A stretch of DNA of 64,000 nt from NCBI GenBank assembly GCA_977016875.1, contig CDRNST010000332.1:62001-126000 (forward strand), written 5' to 3'. The first letter of the stretch is position 1. Each line of letters starts with the position of its first letter. The DNA is from Pavona decussata. Taxonomy: Eukaryota. The notes beneath the pieces were generated by a model, which was not told the origin of the DNA, did not search any database, and saw only the letters and a list, made by a program, of their open reading frames with translations. Below are positions 48,202 to 60,553 of this stretch, in pieces. The translations under genes and the position numbers were made by a program.

Positions 48202-50121
48202 TAATTATATTGTGTATTATTTAAGGGTAAAAAATAATGCTGATTTTGTCAGGAATATATTATTTCAAAACATAGACAATAATGCACAGAATTGATTTTT
48301 ATTGTTAAAGAATATTGCAATACAATTCAATGATTTCAATATGAATTCACAACAACTCTGTATGAAAATTACCATGATAATGTCTTATGAAAGCATTTTT
48401 AATATGCAATGACTGCAATTGTATCTCAAATATCAATTTTGAGGGATGACTCGAAGAGGCATCACAAAAAAAATTAACCAAAACAATGACTTCAATTAAT
48501 ATGCAAATTTAAAAGGTAGCAAATCAATTCTACAAATATTACATCATGGTAATCAGAATGTCATAGCATGGGTTCCAATGATAAAATCAAAGAGGTCTAC
48601 TCATCCTTTTTTTTTTTTTTACGGTGCCTGTGAAGGTATTCTTAATGGTTAATGACTGTTGCTGACTCTGGTTTATTTTTGAGGGCTGAAGGGGCAGCTT
48701 TCCATTATTTGGTTTTATACCGCTGATAATATTGGACAATTCTCTGGACTGGTTTTCATTATCTCCTTCATAAGAATTCAGGCTTTGAATGTTCCTGTGT
48801 CCCGTCACATCCATGATTTTATCTCTTGGGACGCCAGCACTTTTCAGCTTCTGTACACAGGTTTTTCTGCTTGAATGATTGGAGATCTTTTTTCCAGTCG
48901 CTGCTGACAAACCAGACCTCTCACTCATAACTTTCATAATGTTTCCAATTTTGTGTTCTCCGATTCGCCGTCTACGGAACCAGACATCGGTCTTTGGCTT
49001 TGGAATGACTCCCAGAAAGAACGGACCGGTGGTTCTTAGATCAGGAGTTCTTCGCTGCAATAGCTCTTCAAATAACATTACTGGGCAACGTTCACCGCCA
49101 GTTGCAAACATTTTAGGCTGAGCAGCTCTGTGAGTGACTCGAAGACCTCCTTGTCTAGTTTTGGTAGGTCCCTCTTTGAAAGCCACGTACCGCACTGATT
49201 TATCAGGGTTTGTTATCAGGCTAAAATCCTCCACTTGCATTGAATAGTGTTCTTGCCGCCCACGTAAACCGAAATGCTCCGTTAAATTTTTGAAGTTTGC
49301 ATTCACCAGGGCTTGTGCAGAATGCTTTCCAATATGTCCCGTTTCCCAGAGATGTTCTTCGTCATCTTCACTGAGTGCATTTGCTGCGTGTTTTCGTTTT
49401 CCCATTCCTTTTTGCCTCAGGTATCTTGCTTTCGCTTCGAGTTGTTGTCCGAAAAGCTGGAATTGCCGGTCACGCAAAATGCTGTATGGGCGGCCAAGGT
49501 TTTTGAAATGTCGGTCGAGCGAGGCTTGCATTACCGCCAAGCTCTCCGGCTCATACTCTTCTCCATCCTTTTTTTCGTACTTCGGCAAAGAACTTGCATA
49601 GAACTGCGTCTAGTTCTTCGAACGGAAAATCCTTTAAAGGTCATTCTTCCCCGCCAGCGATTTTCCATGAGTTGAAAACATTCAACCACGTCGACGTGCT
49701 TTTCTGGGTGTTTTTGTTCTGGTTTGCGAGTCTCATTTTCTCTAAATCATCTCCCTCTATGTTTGGAAACCTGCCGCCTATTTGTTCTATTTCTTGTTGA
49801 ACAGCTTCATCAAAAAGCTCGAAGGAAACCCCAAAATTTGGCAAATCACTCGCCATTTTGGAAAGTGTTTACCAGCGATTTTTCTTCGCGCTGCTACAGC
49901 GAATCCGTGCTGGATTCTGATTGGTTCAATTTTGATTTTATTGTTTTTCGCGCATTTTAATTGGTCGAGAATGAGCTGTCCAAAACTATTAATTGGTGAT
50001 TTGGACAGTCGAGTTTTGTATATGAAAAACAAATATCTTCGGTATCTTCGGTATAAATATTGAAAATTTACAAATAATACAATGGTTGTTTGAATGGGAT
50101 TTCTGAGTAGCAATATAATTA
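48202..50121 (-). mobile_element. Crypton-type tyrosine-recombinase (DUF3504 / ZMYM-KCTD1-QRICH1-like) DNA transposon
   Basis: ORF 49856->48587 with one TGA (49641-49643) and one +1 A-run frameshift (~49570); GLRGRQEH, KTRQGG, RCPV, NHSSRK, TGHRN, SLNSY catalytic set; terminal TAATTATATTG / CAATATAATTA. Confidence 0.85.
48587..49856 (-). pseudogene. Tyrosine recombinase ORF of the Crypton element (2 lesions)
   Basis: ORFs 49641..49856 and 48587..49588 join via *PLKDFPFEELDAVLCKFFAEVRKKDGEEYEPESL. Confidence 0.85.
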
Positions 50122-51613
50122 CGGTATAAATGTGACACCAACTGTCCATGCTAAAGCGGTGACCACAAGTCCAGGTGTACTGATTTCAACTAGTGCCAAA
50201 CATCGCCGCGAACGAGCGGTAAAAAATGTTTCCTTTTTTTTTTATTTAAACCTTTAGGTACAGCCAAAACAAACCTACTGAAATAGTAAACTGATCTTAA
50301 TTTATAATTGGTCTAGAGTCTCAAGAATGCGAAGAGGCAAATTGAGTCTTTTGCTTCTGAGACTGCTGTCTGTACGTTTTGGCGAGTGGATGAAGGGCCA
50401 CAGTGACATGATAAAGCTAGTACTTCTTCTCTCTCAATTCCACGTGTATAAATCTGGGAGTAGGCTTTCCAAGAAGAACGCATCATTATTTTAAAAAAGC
50501 TTCAGTCTTGAATTTGTCTGTGAAGAACGAAGTTAAGAGTTAATCGAACATGTCGGTCGATTGACATGTTTGAAATACTGCTTCAAAAGGTTGGCTCTTC
50601 TTAATCGAAATCGAAATATTTTGAAAAATAACACACGCAACGGTTTTCCAATCGTTGTGCGGTTTTATTTCTCTTACTACCAGACTAATTTCAGCTGATA
50701 AACAGCTTAAAAATGACAAAAATATCAACAGAACAAGCTTGTATTTACGCCACGAAAAATGCACTACTAAGAGCAGTTTCCGCAGCGGTCCGCATGTTGT
50801 CGCGAACTAAAATTTTTGCACCACGATGTGGTGGTTTCGTTGACAAAAGGTAAGCCTCTAGTTCATAGAAGAAACCTTGCTTATTTTCACTTCCCTCAGC
50901 CCCAGTAAAACATTTTTTAAAACCGAAAGATTTCAGATATTTAGAAAATAGCAAGCTCCCGCAACACAAACCTCAGAGCGGTGCGAAGCGAGGCGATGAA
51001 AAAACAAAACCGTAACTAAACAAACTTAAGCCCTCAATTTCACGCATTGCATAGCTCTCGAAGAAATCTACAATACTTAAACACGGAGCAAAAGACAAAT
51101 AGCAATGGTCAGAGACATAACCCCTTGCCACAAAACAAACGGCCGGGCCCGACAATACAAAAACTGTAAGATAAAGATGTAATTACACAGTTCAAATCCT
51201 AACATAGATAACAACAAAAGCGGTCGCTTTCGGAGGTTCAAGATTATAACACGGTTCAAATCCTAACTAGAAGCTGTACTGTCACCGGACCGCGAAACGA
51301 GCCAAACTAAACCTAAATACCCGTAAAATGAAATGACATAAGAACGACAGTCGCTAAACAGAAACAAAAGGGGTGAAATAAACGGCGGGCGCTAAGCGCA
51401 GAACTCAAAACCCAGAAATGTCCTTTGAGATCAAAATACAAAACATGTAAGGACATGGTTTTATTCAATGATTATCATACAAATCCTTCAAATCGTCATG
51501 CCAACCCGCTGTAAGCATATAAGAAGCTAAATTGATCAAAAGACTGAGACAGAAGCGCTAAACATGCGAGTAGGAGTTTTGTAGGCCTTCCATTCCTATT
51601 TTACGTGCTTGAT

Positions 51614-52000
51614 CAGGGGCACCCAACGGATCATTTCGGTAAATTATCTGTTCGGAAGGCCCTTAATCCCCTACAATTTTCTAAAAATAATTTTCGCCTC
51701 GAACTTTCGTGATATGGGAAATTTAAGGCCTGGTGTTTTCGGATTGATAAAAATGTCGTTTCGGGTACCGAAAAAAGGTCAGCTAAGATTTTCGGAAAGG
51801 AAATAAGACCTAAGTTTTTTGGGAAATGGACAAAAATGCCCTAGTAATTTCGAAAAGACTTAAGTTCCCCTAGAATGACCGAACAGATAAAAATATTATA
51901 GCGCAGCTTTAAATGAATCTATAGAGCTTTAAAGGCACTCCAGATAGCCTAAAATAGCGTTTCAAAGGATCTGAGAGAAAACTCCCATTGGGTGCCCCTG
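51614..52000. mobile_element. MITE with short TIRs (hAT-like), nested in the Kolobok-like element
   Basis: CAGGGGCACCCAA...TTGGGTGCCCCTG; flanking duplication GCTTGATC (8 bp if ends are AGGGG/CCCCT, otherwise 6-bp CTTGAT). Confidence 0.8.
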
Positions 52001-52489
52001 CTTGATCGTCGTGTCAATCACGTAGCCGGGGTTGTAGTTAAATTCTGAATCATCTGAGTTGTAGCTTTGCTCGGATTCGGAGTCAGTGTTCGGCTTTTGT
52101 GATAAAAAAAAATCGGTCAGAAACCCAAACAACTGGCGTATAATTAACTCCGATTCACTGCCGTTTTGTTGCGTGCTTGTTATCAAGATACCGGGTCGAC
52201 GTCACAACTCATTAGTGCCAGTCCTCTAATGGCACGGTTTTAACTTCGGAAATTGTGACTTCGATCATTTTAAAAATCGACAATAACTTCAAATCTCATT
52301 AGTTTGTTTGTTTTGGCTTCCTTTCTACGTCTACTTTTGAGAATGAAAGGAATTGGGTAAGGGTGATAGGCACTTTAATAAACCTTAATCATTACTTATG
52401 AGACACGTTTTCCATTGACCTCTTTCATAGTGGAGGGCTTAATTGTTATTCTTTTGTATGCATTTAAATTAGCCTTCCTGGCCTCGCTA

Positions 52490-53120
52490 GCATGTGTACA
52501 AGACGATAAATGTTTTTTTTGTAAAGAAAATCCTGAGACACTTCTACATCTGCTCTTTCACTGTCCAATTACAGTAGCTTTTCGGGAATGGTGGCTTCGA
52601 AACACCCAGATTGAATTCAACCTTACACCCGCTAATGTTCTATACGGTGTGATAGACAATTCAAAGTTGCCAAATTTGATATATATCGTTGCAGTCTAGA
52701 CGAGGCACCCCTTCTCTTCCCCATCTTTGAAACGGAATTACACGAAAAAGCTCGCATCGAATATGATATTGCCAAGGAATAAGGTTATCTAAAGAACTTC
52801 AAGATTAAATGGGAACCACTTATCGCAACAAATTCATCGAAGACGTAGTCAGTCATTTGAGGGACCCCTTGAATCGCTTTCCACTACTTTTTTTTGTTGT
52901 TCTATTTTTGTCTTTTTTCTTTCGATCGTTTCTTTTTCGCTTACCTGTTCATACTGCAATATTGTAAATAATTAACAATAAAAACAAAAACTAGAGGAGT
53001 GTGTGGATGGGTTGTTATCTAGATACCTTTTTAGTAGTGCAATGTAAGTGGCTTTTGAACTGTAATGTAAATAATGTCAGTTATAATATTGTAAAAAAGT
53101 TGGTAGTGAAGATATAGTGT
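52490..53120 (+). mobile_element. 3' fragment of an L1/Tx1-type LINE (CCHC zinc knuckle + 3' UTR)
   Basis: DDKCFFCKENPETLLHLLFHCP followed by degraded ORF end and a TGTAA-rich UTR. Confidence 0.55.
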
Positions 53121-53767
53121 TATTATTGCTGGCGAGCGTTAGCGAGACAGCACACTATTCTTGTCAATAGGGAAAAAAAATCCAAAATTTTGTCGGATGT
53201 AAGACTCGAAGCTTGCGCAGTAGAGCATTATCCGGGATGGTTGAGACGACAATCATGCGCAAATCACATGGCTGACATATAATCCGGGATGCACACCTCA
53301 CTTTGCACTTGAGAATCGCACGCTGTCAGACGCTTTCGGTTAGGAGGTGCAGTTGACGTTTGCTTTTGTAATCATTCATCAGAAGGTCACGAACGGAAAG
53401 ATATCACTTTCCACGGGATTCATCATTGATCCGTTTCTTGACCTTGATGAATATTCACAAGCAAATGAAGACATCTAGGAAATAAAAATATTTAGGAATA
53501 CTTACCTATTTGTTTTATGGCAAAGTCAACTGCGCCTCGAAACCGTCTGTGGACTCTGTGAGTAAGATCGTGATAAAATTTTCCCGTGGAAAGTGATCTC
53601 AATTCTCAAGCGGTGGATCTATAAAAGCAGCCAAACACAAATCGGATCTCTTTCCGTTCGTGACCTTGATGAATGATTACAGAAGCAAATAAAGACAGCA
53701 AATAGAAAAAATACCGTGGAGGCTAATAATTCAAAATCTGCGAACCACTCAACTGTGAAATCAAAGG

Positions 53768-56700
53768 CAAATGAGCCACGCACAATAGTGTGCCGTCTTC
53801 GCGACTGGAAGCAACGTGAGCAAGTTCTAAGAAAAGCTCGGAAAGAAAAGCCCGTTGGATTACACATCAGTGAGGATATCGCGTTCGCAACTCTGAAAAA
53901 GCGGGAGGCTCACCTTGAGAAGTTTAAAGCTGCTAAGCAGGCGGGTAAAATTGCCTATTTTGTACTCGATCGCTTAGTCATTCGCGATAAATCAGATGAC
54001 TAGTTTATCATCCATGCCATTTTATAATTTGGACGATGATGAATTTCGGCTAACTCTCATTGAATTTATGAATGGCGGTACCATCAATTTTGATCCTGAT
54101 AGATTAGCTCAGTTAAAGTTTAATCCCTTGTTATGTGAATCCTATAAAAATTTCAGTCTTTGTAAAGACAATGATCCAGATATGAATTTTTATTTAAAAA
54201 ACAATAGCTGTGAATACTATACTGAAGATAGCTTCAAAAACATGTTAGCCGAAAACCAAAGTCGCCTAAATTTAAAATGCAGTACCCTTGAATCTAGCCT
54301 TTCGTTCCTTCATATGAACATTCGTAGTTTAAATAATAAATTTGATAAGCTTACAAATTTTCTAGGCCAACTTGTAGTGAAATTTCCTATCATTGGGATT
54401 TCTGAGACTTGGCTTGATGATTGTTATCATTTTTCCGATATAGCGGGTTACAATTTTTTGCATAAACCTAGAGTTGATCGCATTGGTGGAGGTGTTGGCC
54501 TTTACATTTGTGAGCATTTAAATTACAAAGAACGTCATGATCTAGCATTCCCTGGGGACAAATCTGCTGAATCCTTGTTTGTTGAAATTAATAGGACAAA
54601 AGTAAAGAACATAATTGTCGGCATTATCTATCGACCACCCGACTCGAAGTTACATGAATTTCTGTCTGACTTGGATCTAGTACTTGGGAAAATTTCCAAG
54701 GAAAATAAGCTTGTATTTTTAATGGGTGACTGGAATTTAAATCTAATTAACCATCATTGTCATAAAGCGACAAGTGATTTCTTAGATTTGTTGTACTCTA
54801 GGATGTTTTTTCCACTAACAACACGTCCCACTAGAATTACGGCGAACAAAGCTTCGTTAATAGATAATATTTTCACGAACGATCCACTTCGTCCCTCAAT
54901 AAGCGGTCTTTTTCTCAATGACATATCTGACCATTTACCGATATTTTCACTTATTTTGTATAATAATACTACCAGTGATAAGAATAAATGCGTATTTTTT
55001 CGTGAAAAAAATGCGCATAATCTAAGTGTATTTAAAGACGAGTTAGGTAAGATAAACTGGACTGAAATGCCTGGTTTAAATGATCCTTCCTGCGCTTATG
55101 AACTCTTTGTTGGAAAGTATACTACAGTTTATGATAAATGTTTTCCACTCAAAAAAATGAAAGCGAAACGGTTCAATCTTTGTAAGCCTTGGTTTACTAA
55201 AGGACTGGCTAAATCCATAAGGAAGAAAAATATGTTATATCATTCTTTTCTTAATAACCCTAACTCTTCCAATGAAAATGCATATAAGTCGTACAAAAAC
55301 AAACTTACTCATTCTCTTCGAGTTGCTAAACGTTTATATTATGAAAAACAAATTGAAAAATTAAAATCAAATGTCAAGGCTACCTGGAAAGTTCTAAATG
55401 AAATCCTTAATAGAAATAAAGGAAAGCGTAGCTTGCCATCTATATTTAGGGCAGATTCTCGAGAAATTTCCAATCCAAAAGATATAGCTAATTTCTTTTG
55501 TAAATATTTTACTAATATTGGCCCCAATTTAGCTAGCAAAATTCCTGTATCAGAAAAGTCGCACAATTCTTTTTTACCTCCAAAACTAGTTAATTCAATA
55601 TTTCTAGATGCTGTAAATGAGCAAGAAATTATTGAAATATGTAGCACTTGTCGTTCAGGTACTGCTATAGGTTATGACAACATTTCTATGAACCTAATTA
55701 AAGAATCTATCGATTTAATTATTTCACCTCTTACATGCATAATTAACTTATCCATCACTTCTGGAATTGTACCAAAACAATTAAAAATTGCTCGAGTTAT
55801 TCCTTTATTTAAATCTGGTGAGCAGGATATATTTACGAACTACCGACCGGTGTCTGTTTTACCAGCATTCTCTAAAATCCTAGAGAGAGTAATGTACAAT
55901 CGTCTTTTAATGTTTCTTAATAATCATAACATTCTCTCTGACAATCAGTATGGTTTTCGCAAGCATCACTCCACCGCTTATGCTCTTGCTTGTTTATATG
56001 ACAAAATCTCTTCCGCCATTGACAATAAGGAATGCACAGTTGGTATTTTTATAGACTTGTCCAAGGCCTTTGACACCGTTGATCATAACATTTTGATTTC
56101 GAAATTAGAGCATTATGGTGTTCGTGGCACTCCACTTAGATGGTTCGAAAGCTATCTAAGCAATAGACAACAATATGTGGAATTTAATGGCGTTAGGTCG
56201 GAGTCTTGCGAAATTAAGTGCGGGGTGCCTCAGGGTTCTATACTAGGTCCCCTACTTTTCCTACTCTATATAAATGATCTGTGTAACGTGTCGAAGGTCG
56301 TGGACTTTATTCTTTTTGCAGATGATACAAACATATTTTTCTCCCACAAAGATTTTAACTTGCTTCCTGGAATCTTGAATTCTGAAATGCTTAAATTAAC
56401 TCATTGGTGTCGAGCAAACAAACTGTCCATTAACTTTAAAAAATCAAATTTTATGGTTTTTAGACCACCCCAAAGGAGGCAAACACTTGATATATCTATT
56501 CAAATTGACAACAATGCAATTAAACGTGTGAAAGAAACAGTATTTTTAGGTGTTATCCTCGATGAGCATTTGTCATGGAAGCCTCACATTCTTAGTGTTT
56601 CTAGAAAAATATCAAAATCAATAGGTATTATTTATAAGTCTAGTTTTTTGCCTCCCCAAAACCTCCTTACGTTCCTTGTACTATAGTCTAGTTTACCCTT

Positions 56701-57469
56701 ACTTAATTTATTGCGTTTCTGTGTGGGGATCGACGTATCAGTCTAATTTAAATCGGATTATTGTTCTGCAAAAGAAGATAATTAGAATAATATCAAAAGT
56801 TTCTTTTGATGCTCATACCGGTGTTCTTTTTAAAGAACAGGAGATTTTAAAATTCTCTGACATTTATTTATACCAAATAGGTAAATTTATGTATCTTTTT
56901 AAAAGAAGCTTACTTCCAAATTATTTTCGTGATATGTTTACTCTTGCAAGTCAAATACATTCTTATAAAACAAGAAATTCCAACCTTTTCTATATACCTT
57001 ATTGTCGAACTAATCTTCGAAAATTCTCAATTCGGTTTCAAGGTCCTTCGTTTTTCAACTCGCTAAGTCGTGAAATTCAAAACAGTGAAACTATCAGTTT
57101 GTTTGGCAAAAGACTTAAAAAATTCCTTCTAAGTTAAATTGACTCTTTGTTGAGCTACACACCTTTTCTTTACCTTTTCTTTTTTTTCTTCCTTTCCTTT
57201 TTTTTTTTTCTTCTTTTAAAAAAAAAATTTAATTGGAAATTTCAATCAGTACCCTTAACTTCTATGGTTTATCCAATAGTTCTAGGAAGCCTATAGTTAA
57301 TAAGCCCCCGGCTTCTATATAGGCTTCCTAGCCTTTAACACATTTAATATTGTAAATAGTCATGTATGAATATTGTAATAGTAAGAATATTGCGTGTCGT
57401 CTATAATGTATTTATGTTGTATTTTTTTGTTAATGGCAAATAAATTGAATTGAATTGAAATTGAATTGA
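53768..57469 (+). mobile_element. Near-intact CR1/L2-group (Crack/Daphne-like) LINE, 5'-truncated within ORF1
   Basis: ORF1 C-terminus PRTIVCRL...LHISED; ORF2 with APE + RT; AATAAA + (TTGAA)n tail at 57439-57469. Confidence 0.93.
53996..57137 (+). CDS. LINE ORF2: apurinic-like endonuclease + reverse transcriptase, one +1 frameshift in a T run near 56645
   Basis: ISETW, MGDWN, IDNIF, SDHLP; NYRPVS, QYGFR, DLSKAFDTV, GVPQGSILGP, FADDTN; ORFs 53996..56686 and 56676..57137 join as SSF/CLPKTSLRSLYYSLVYPYL. Confidence 0.88.
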
Positions 57470-58029
57470 CTCGTTGTACTTTCACACGAGTTCTTTACCC
57501 GTGGAGCCCAATCATTCAAAATCTGTGGAGTTTGTGCAGGATAATTCGACCGTTGAGTCATGCTCTTTCGGTCCGTAAGTTTGTCCGTTGAGGCAAAAGA
57601 ATTGAAAACATGTCGATCGCTCGTCGAAGCGAACTGTGTAACTGTGAAATCAGATGATTGCTTCACTCTGAAATCAAACGCTTCACTCGAGTTCTTTGCT
57701 CGTGGAGGCAAATAATTCCAAATCTGTGCCGTTCGGGGCGGCTGATCCGTCCACTTCACCAACACCCCCATCCCACAAAAAAGAAGCGTTTTCAACATTT
57801 CTTCCCCAATGTGGGTTATACAAATCACTAAACCTACCATGACCCATTTTCAAAACCAATGCTTGCTGTAGTCATGATTTTTACAACTCATCCAACTGAA
57901 ACCTACTCTCCCTACCCTCAAAGTCGACCGCCTTTTCCAAACCCATTCACTGTTTAATTAAATCCCCACAACTTTATCCCACTTCGCCAGCACCCACTTT
58001 CATATTGAAATCACTAGTTGTAAATAGTA

Positions 58030-58695
58030 TATATGATGAATTAAGTCCGGCAAAAGAGCGGCGTCTGAATAAGTTTGGTACGGCCAACATCGTTGAGTTC
58101 GACGGAGTCTACCGCATTATGCGACACTGGGGCGCCGCTCCTCTCATGTGCCGAACCTAATGCATAAATTACCAATTGTTTGCCGGTGATTGCGATTGTC
58201 CCAAAGCTCCATATCGTGACAAGTCACACATGCATTTTTAACCGTGAAGTAAGTACAAGCGTGACTGTCGCTTGACTCTCTTGCGTCTCGTCCGGTTTGG
58301 CTTTCATTTCGGTAGGCTTTGTGATTTATTTAGAGAGAATTGCTTTGCCATAAATCTGTTTTACCTGCTGTTTTCATCCTCGAAATGTAGAATTTAAAGC
58401 TAAAACTATCGGAAAAAGTCATTGAGAATCACCGATAAAACCGATAAAGTTTAGTCTGTATTGTTATGTAGCGATTACTAAACCAGATCAGCCGTATGTT
58501 TTTACAGAATTCCTGTCTTTCTGTCTCAGTGAAAACTGTTTACTTCTTTTCTAAAAGGTTTTACGAATTTGGTGCGGCAGAGAGTACGCCGTCTGATTCA
58601 GTCGCCGCCCTTAAGTCGCTCCAGAGTCGCTCCAGAGTCGAACTTAAATGAATAAGGTTCGGCACATGAGTGCCGCGGCGTCTCGACCAGGCCTA
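58030..58695. mobile_element. Degraded MITE with internal inverted repeats (Harbinger-like)
   Basis: CTCATGTGCCGAACCT (58143) / AGGTTCGGCACATGAG (58655); right end ...CCAGGCCTA. Confidence 0.55.
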
Positions 58696-59819
58696 AGCTT
58701 CCTGAAAGATGTGTTCAATTTTAAATGTGCATTTTGAAATGACAGTGTTTTGCTTTCTCATTAGTTATTTCAGTGACGATTTCCTGTTACGTCGATTCCT
58801 CTCAATACTTGATGGCTCATGTAACCCAATTTTTACTGACTGTATTATGTTCTTTCAGCTGAGTATCAAGAAAGAAAGAGAATGTCTGTATACTGCCATT
58901 ACCTGCTTCTTACCATAACACTTGGGGTACTGCTTAGATTCTCCATCACAAGTGGTAAGGATTTGCCCCCAGGACTGGAAATCATTAGCCTGAAACTGTG
59001 CGGTAAGATTCTCCTAGTGGAAACTGTGAATGTTAATCTGAAGAAAAGTTTTCAAGGGCCCTTCTTTAAGAGCGGTTATATAATGGTCTTTTTCTGAACT
59101 GCGTTGTTTCGTACTATCTTGACTCCCCATTTTGACATCACAATCATCATTAGTTTTTGTGTTTTGTTTCATCACGACGGTTAAACGGACGGGTAGAGGG
59201 AAGGAGCAAGCGATCCACCGGTTAACTCTGTCACCGACAGAAAGACAAACTGACTGACAGTAACAGCCGACTGATGCACTGACTGATTAGTCAACAGACT
59301 TATTGATCATCTCTCTGCCGATGGACTAGCGGTTAAAAGATCTCTTTGCATTTGCCAAATTACCTTTAGTTACTAGTAGTAATCACAGATTATTGGAGTG
59401 CGTTCGATTCCTTACATAGGACAAAACTTAGGTATGGTGGGCGCTTTCCTGTTCGTTTTAATTTGACTTATTTCGTTCGTTTTACTCTTTGTGCAACTTT
59501 TCTTTATTGCAATAATCATCATCTTCACAGAATATTTGAAGTTTCCTTTCCAAATTAATAACCACAGTTTTACTGCTGGTTACCCAGCCTGAATAAGGCA
59601 AAATTAATGGGCAAATAAAAATCTTAACTTTGAGGGTGAAGAAACATCTGGAGCATGAGGGATTATTTCACTCTTCCACCCTGAAGCTACGAGATCAGGG
59701 GCAAACCCGAGTGCGTGACAGATTTGACAGAGAAAAATTATAATTAAGGTTGCATGATATTTGCAAATTATTTTCGTAACGTCTTTAATCATTGAAGAAC
59801 GTACTTTAACACAACACGG

Positions 59820-60460
59820 TATACTTTTATTTCTACTTGCTACTACTATTTACTAACAACAAGATTTCAAGGTATTTCTTATACGCTACGCGAACATCCC
59901 GCTGCTATGAAGCGATAAACTTTTTGAATGTGGAGATCTAATTAGCATATTGAAAGTCTTGATCTCAGATAACCAAATGCGCGTGTTAACAAGCATAAAA
60001 ATCTAACACAGAAATAAAAATACTACCACAGGCGATAGACTATATATTTCTATTTGCTACGAGAAAGGTACTTTTTTATACTTTACGCGAAATTTCCGCC
60101 TCTAAGAAGCGATAAACATTTTTCAGATTGGGATCTAATTAGCATATTGACTGTCTAAGACACAAGTATAAAAATCTATTGCTCGACACCTCAAGAATAC
60201 AGAGAGATGAAAATGTTACTGAGACGTTACACTACTTGCTTTAATTGCTACTACTCTTTACTTGCAACAAGAAATATATTTTTGATACTCTACGCGAAAA
60301 TTTCGCTGCTATGAAGCAATAAACATTTTGGATGTAAGCTTGATGTACGCGAAAATCCAACCACTATGAAGCGATAAACATTTTGAATGTTCCGATCTAA
60401 TTAGCATATTGAAAGCCTTGTACAAGCATAAAAAATTATTATAGAGACCTCATGAATTCA
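59820..60460 (+). repeat. Imperfect ~200-bp tandem repeat, 3-4 copies
   Basis: Recurrent TACGCGAA...CTATGAAGCGATAAAC...GATCTAATTAGCATATTGA. Confidence 0.75.
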
Positions 60461-60553
60461 GAGAGAGAAAAACTGTGTGCTACCGTATTGTTCATCGCAA
60501 ATGATCCCGTGTATGTCCTTGTTCGTCGGAGAGTGAAAGAGCAAAACCTCTAA

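Larger units (their letters stand above)
47654..52374 (+). mobile_element. Kolobok-like DNA transposon (TTAA TSD) with degraded THAP domain; hosts nested insertions
   Basis: TTAA|AGGGCCTATCGCCC...GGGTGATAGGCACT|TTAA; THAP remnant at 47903-48176 (ARRYVVGEC...LHSIP...KK*IDF...ICSKHF...RLKRDD) resuming at ~50120 (GINVTPTVH). Confidence 0.7.
53121..58018 (+). mobile_element. Helentron-associated (HINE/DINE-like) element split by a LINE insertion
   Basis: Subterminal IR TGCTGGCGA (53127) / TCGCCAGCA (57984); 3' mini-hairpin TTTCATATTGAAA and CTAGT end; internal repeat CGTGGAG...TTC.AAATCTG on both sides of the LINE (~53715, 57500, 57701). Confidence 0.55.
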
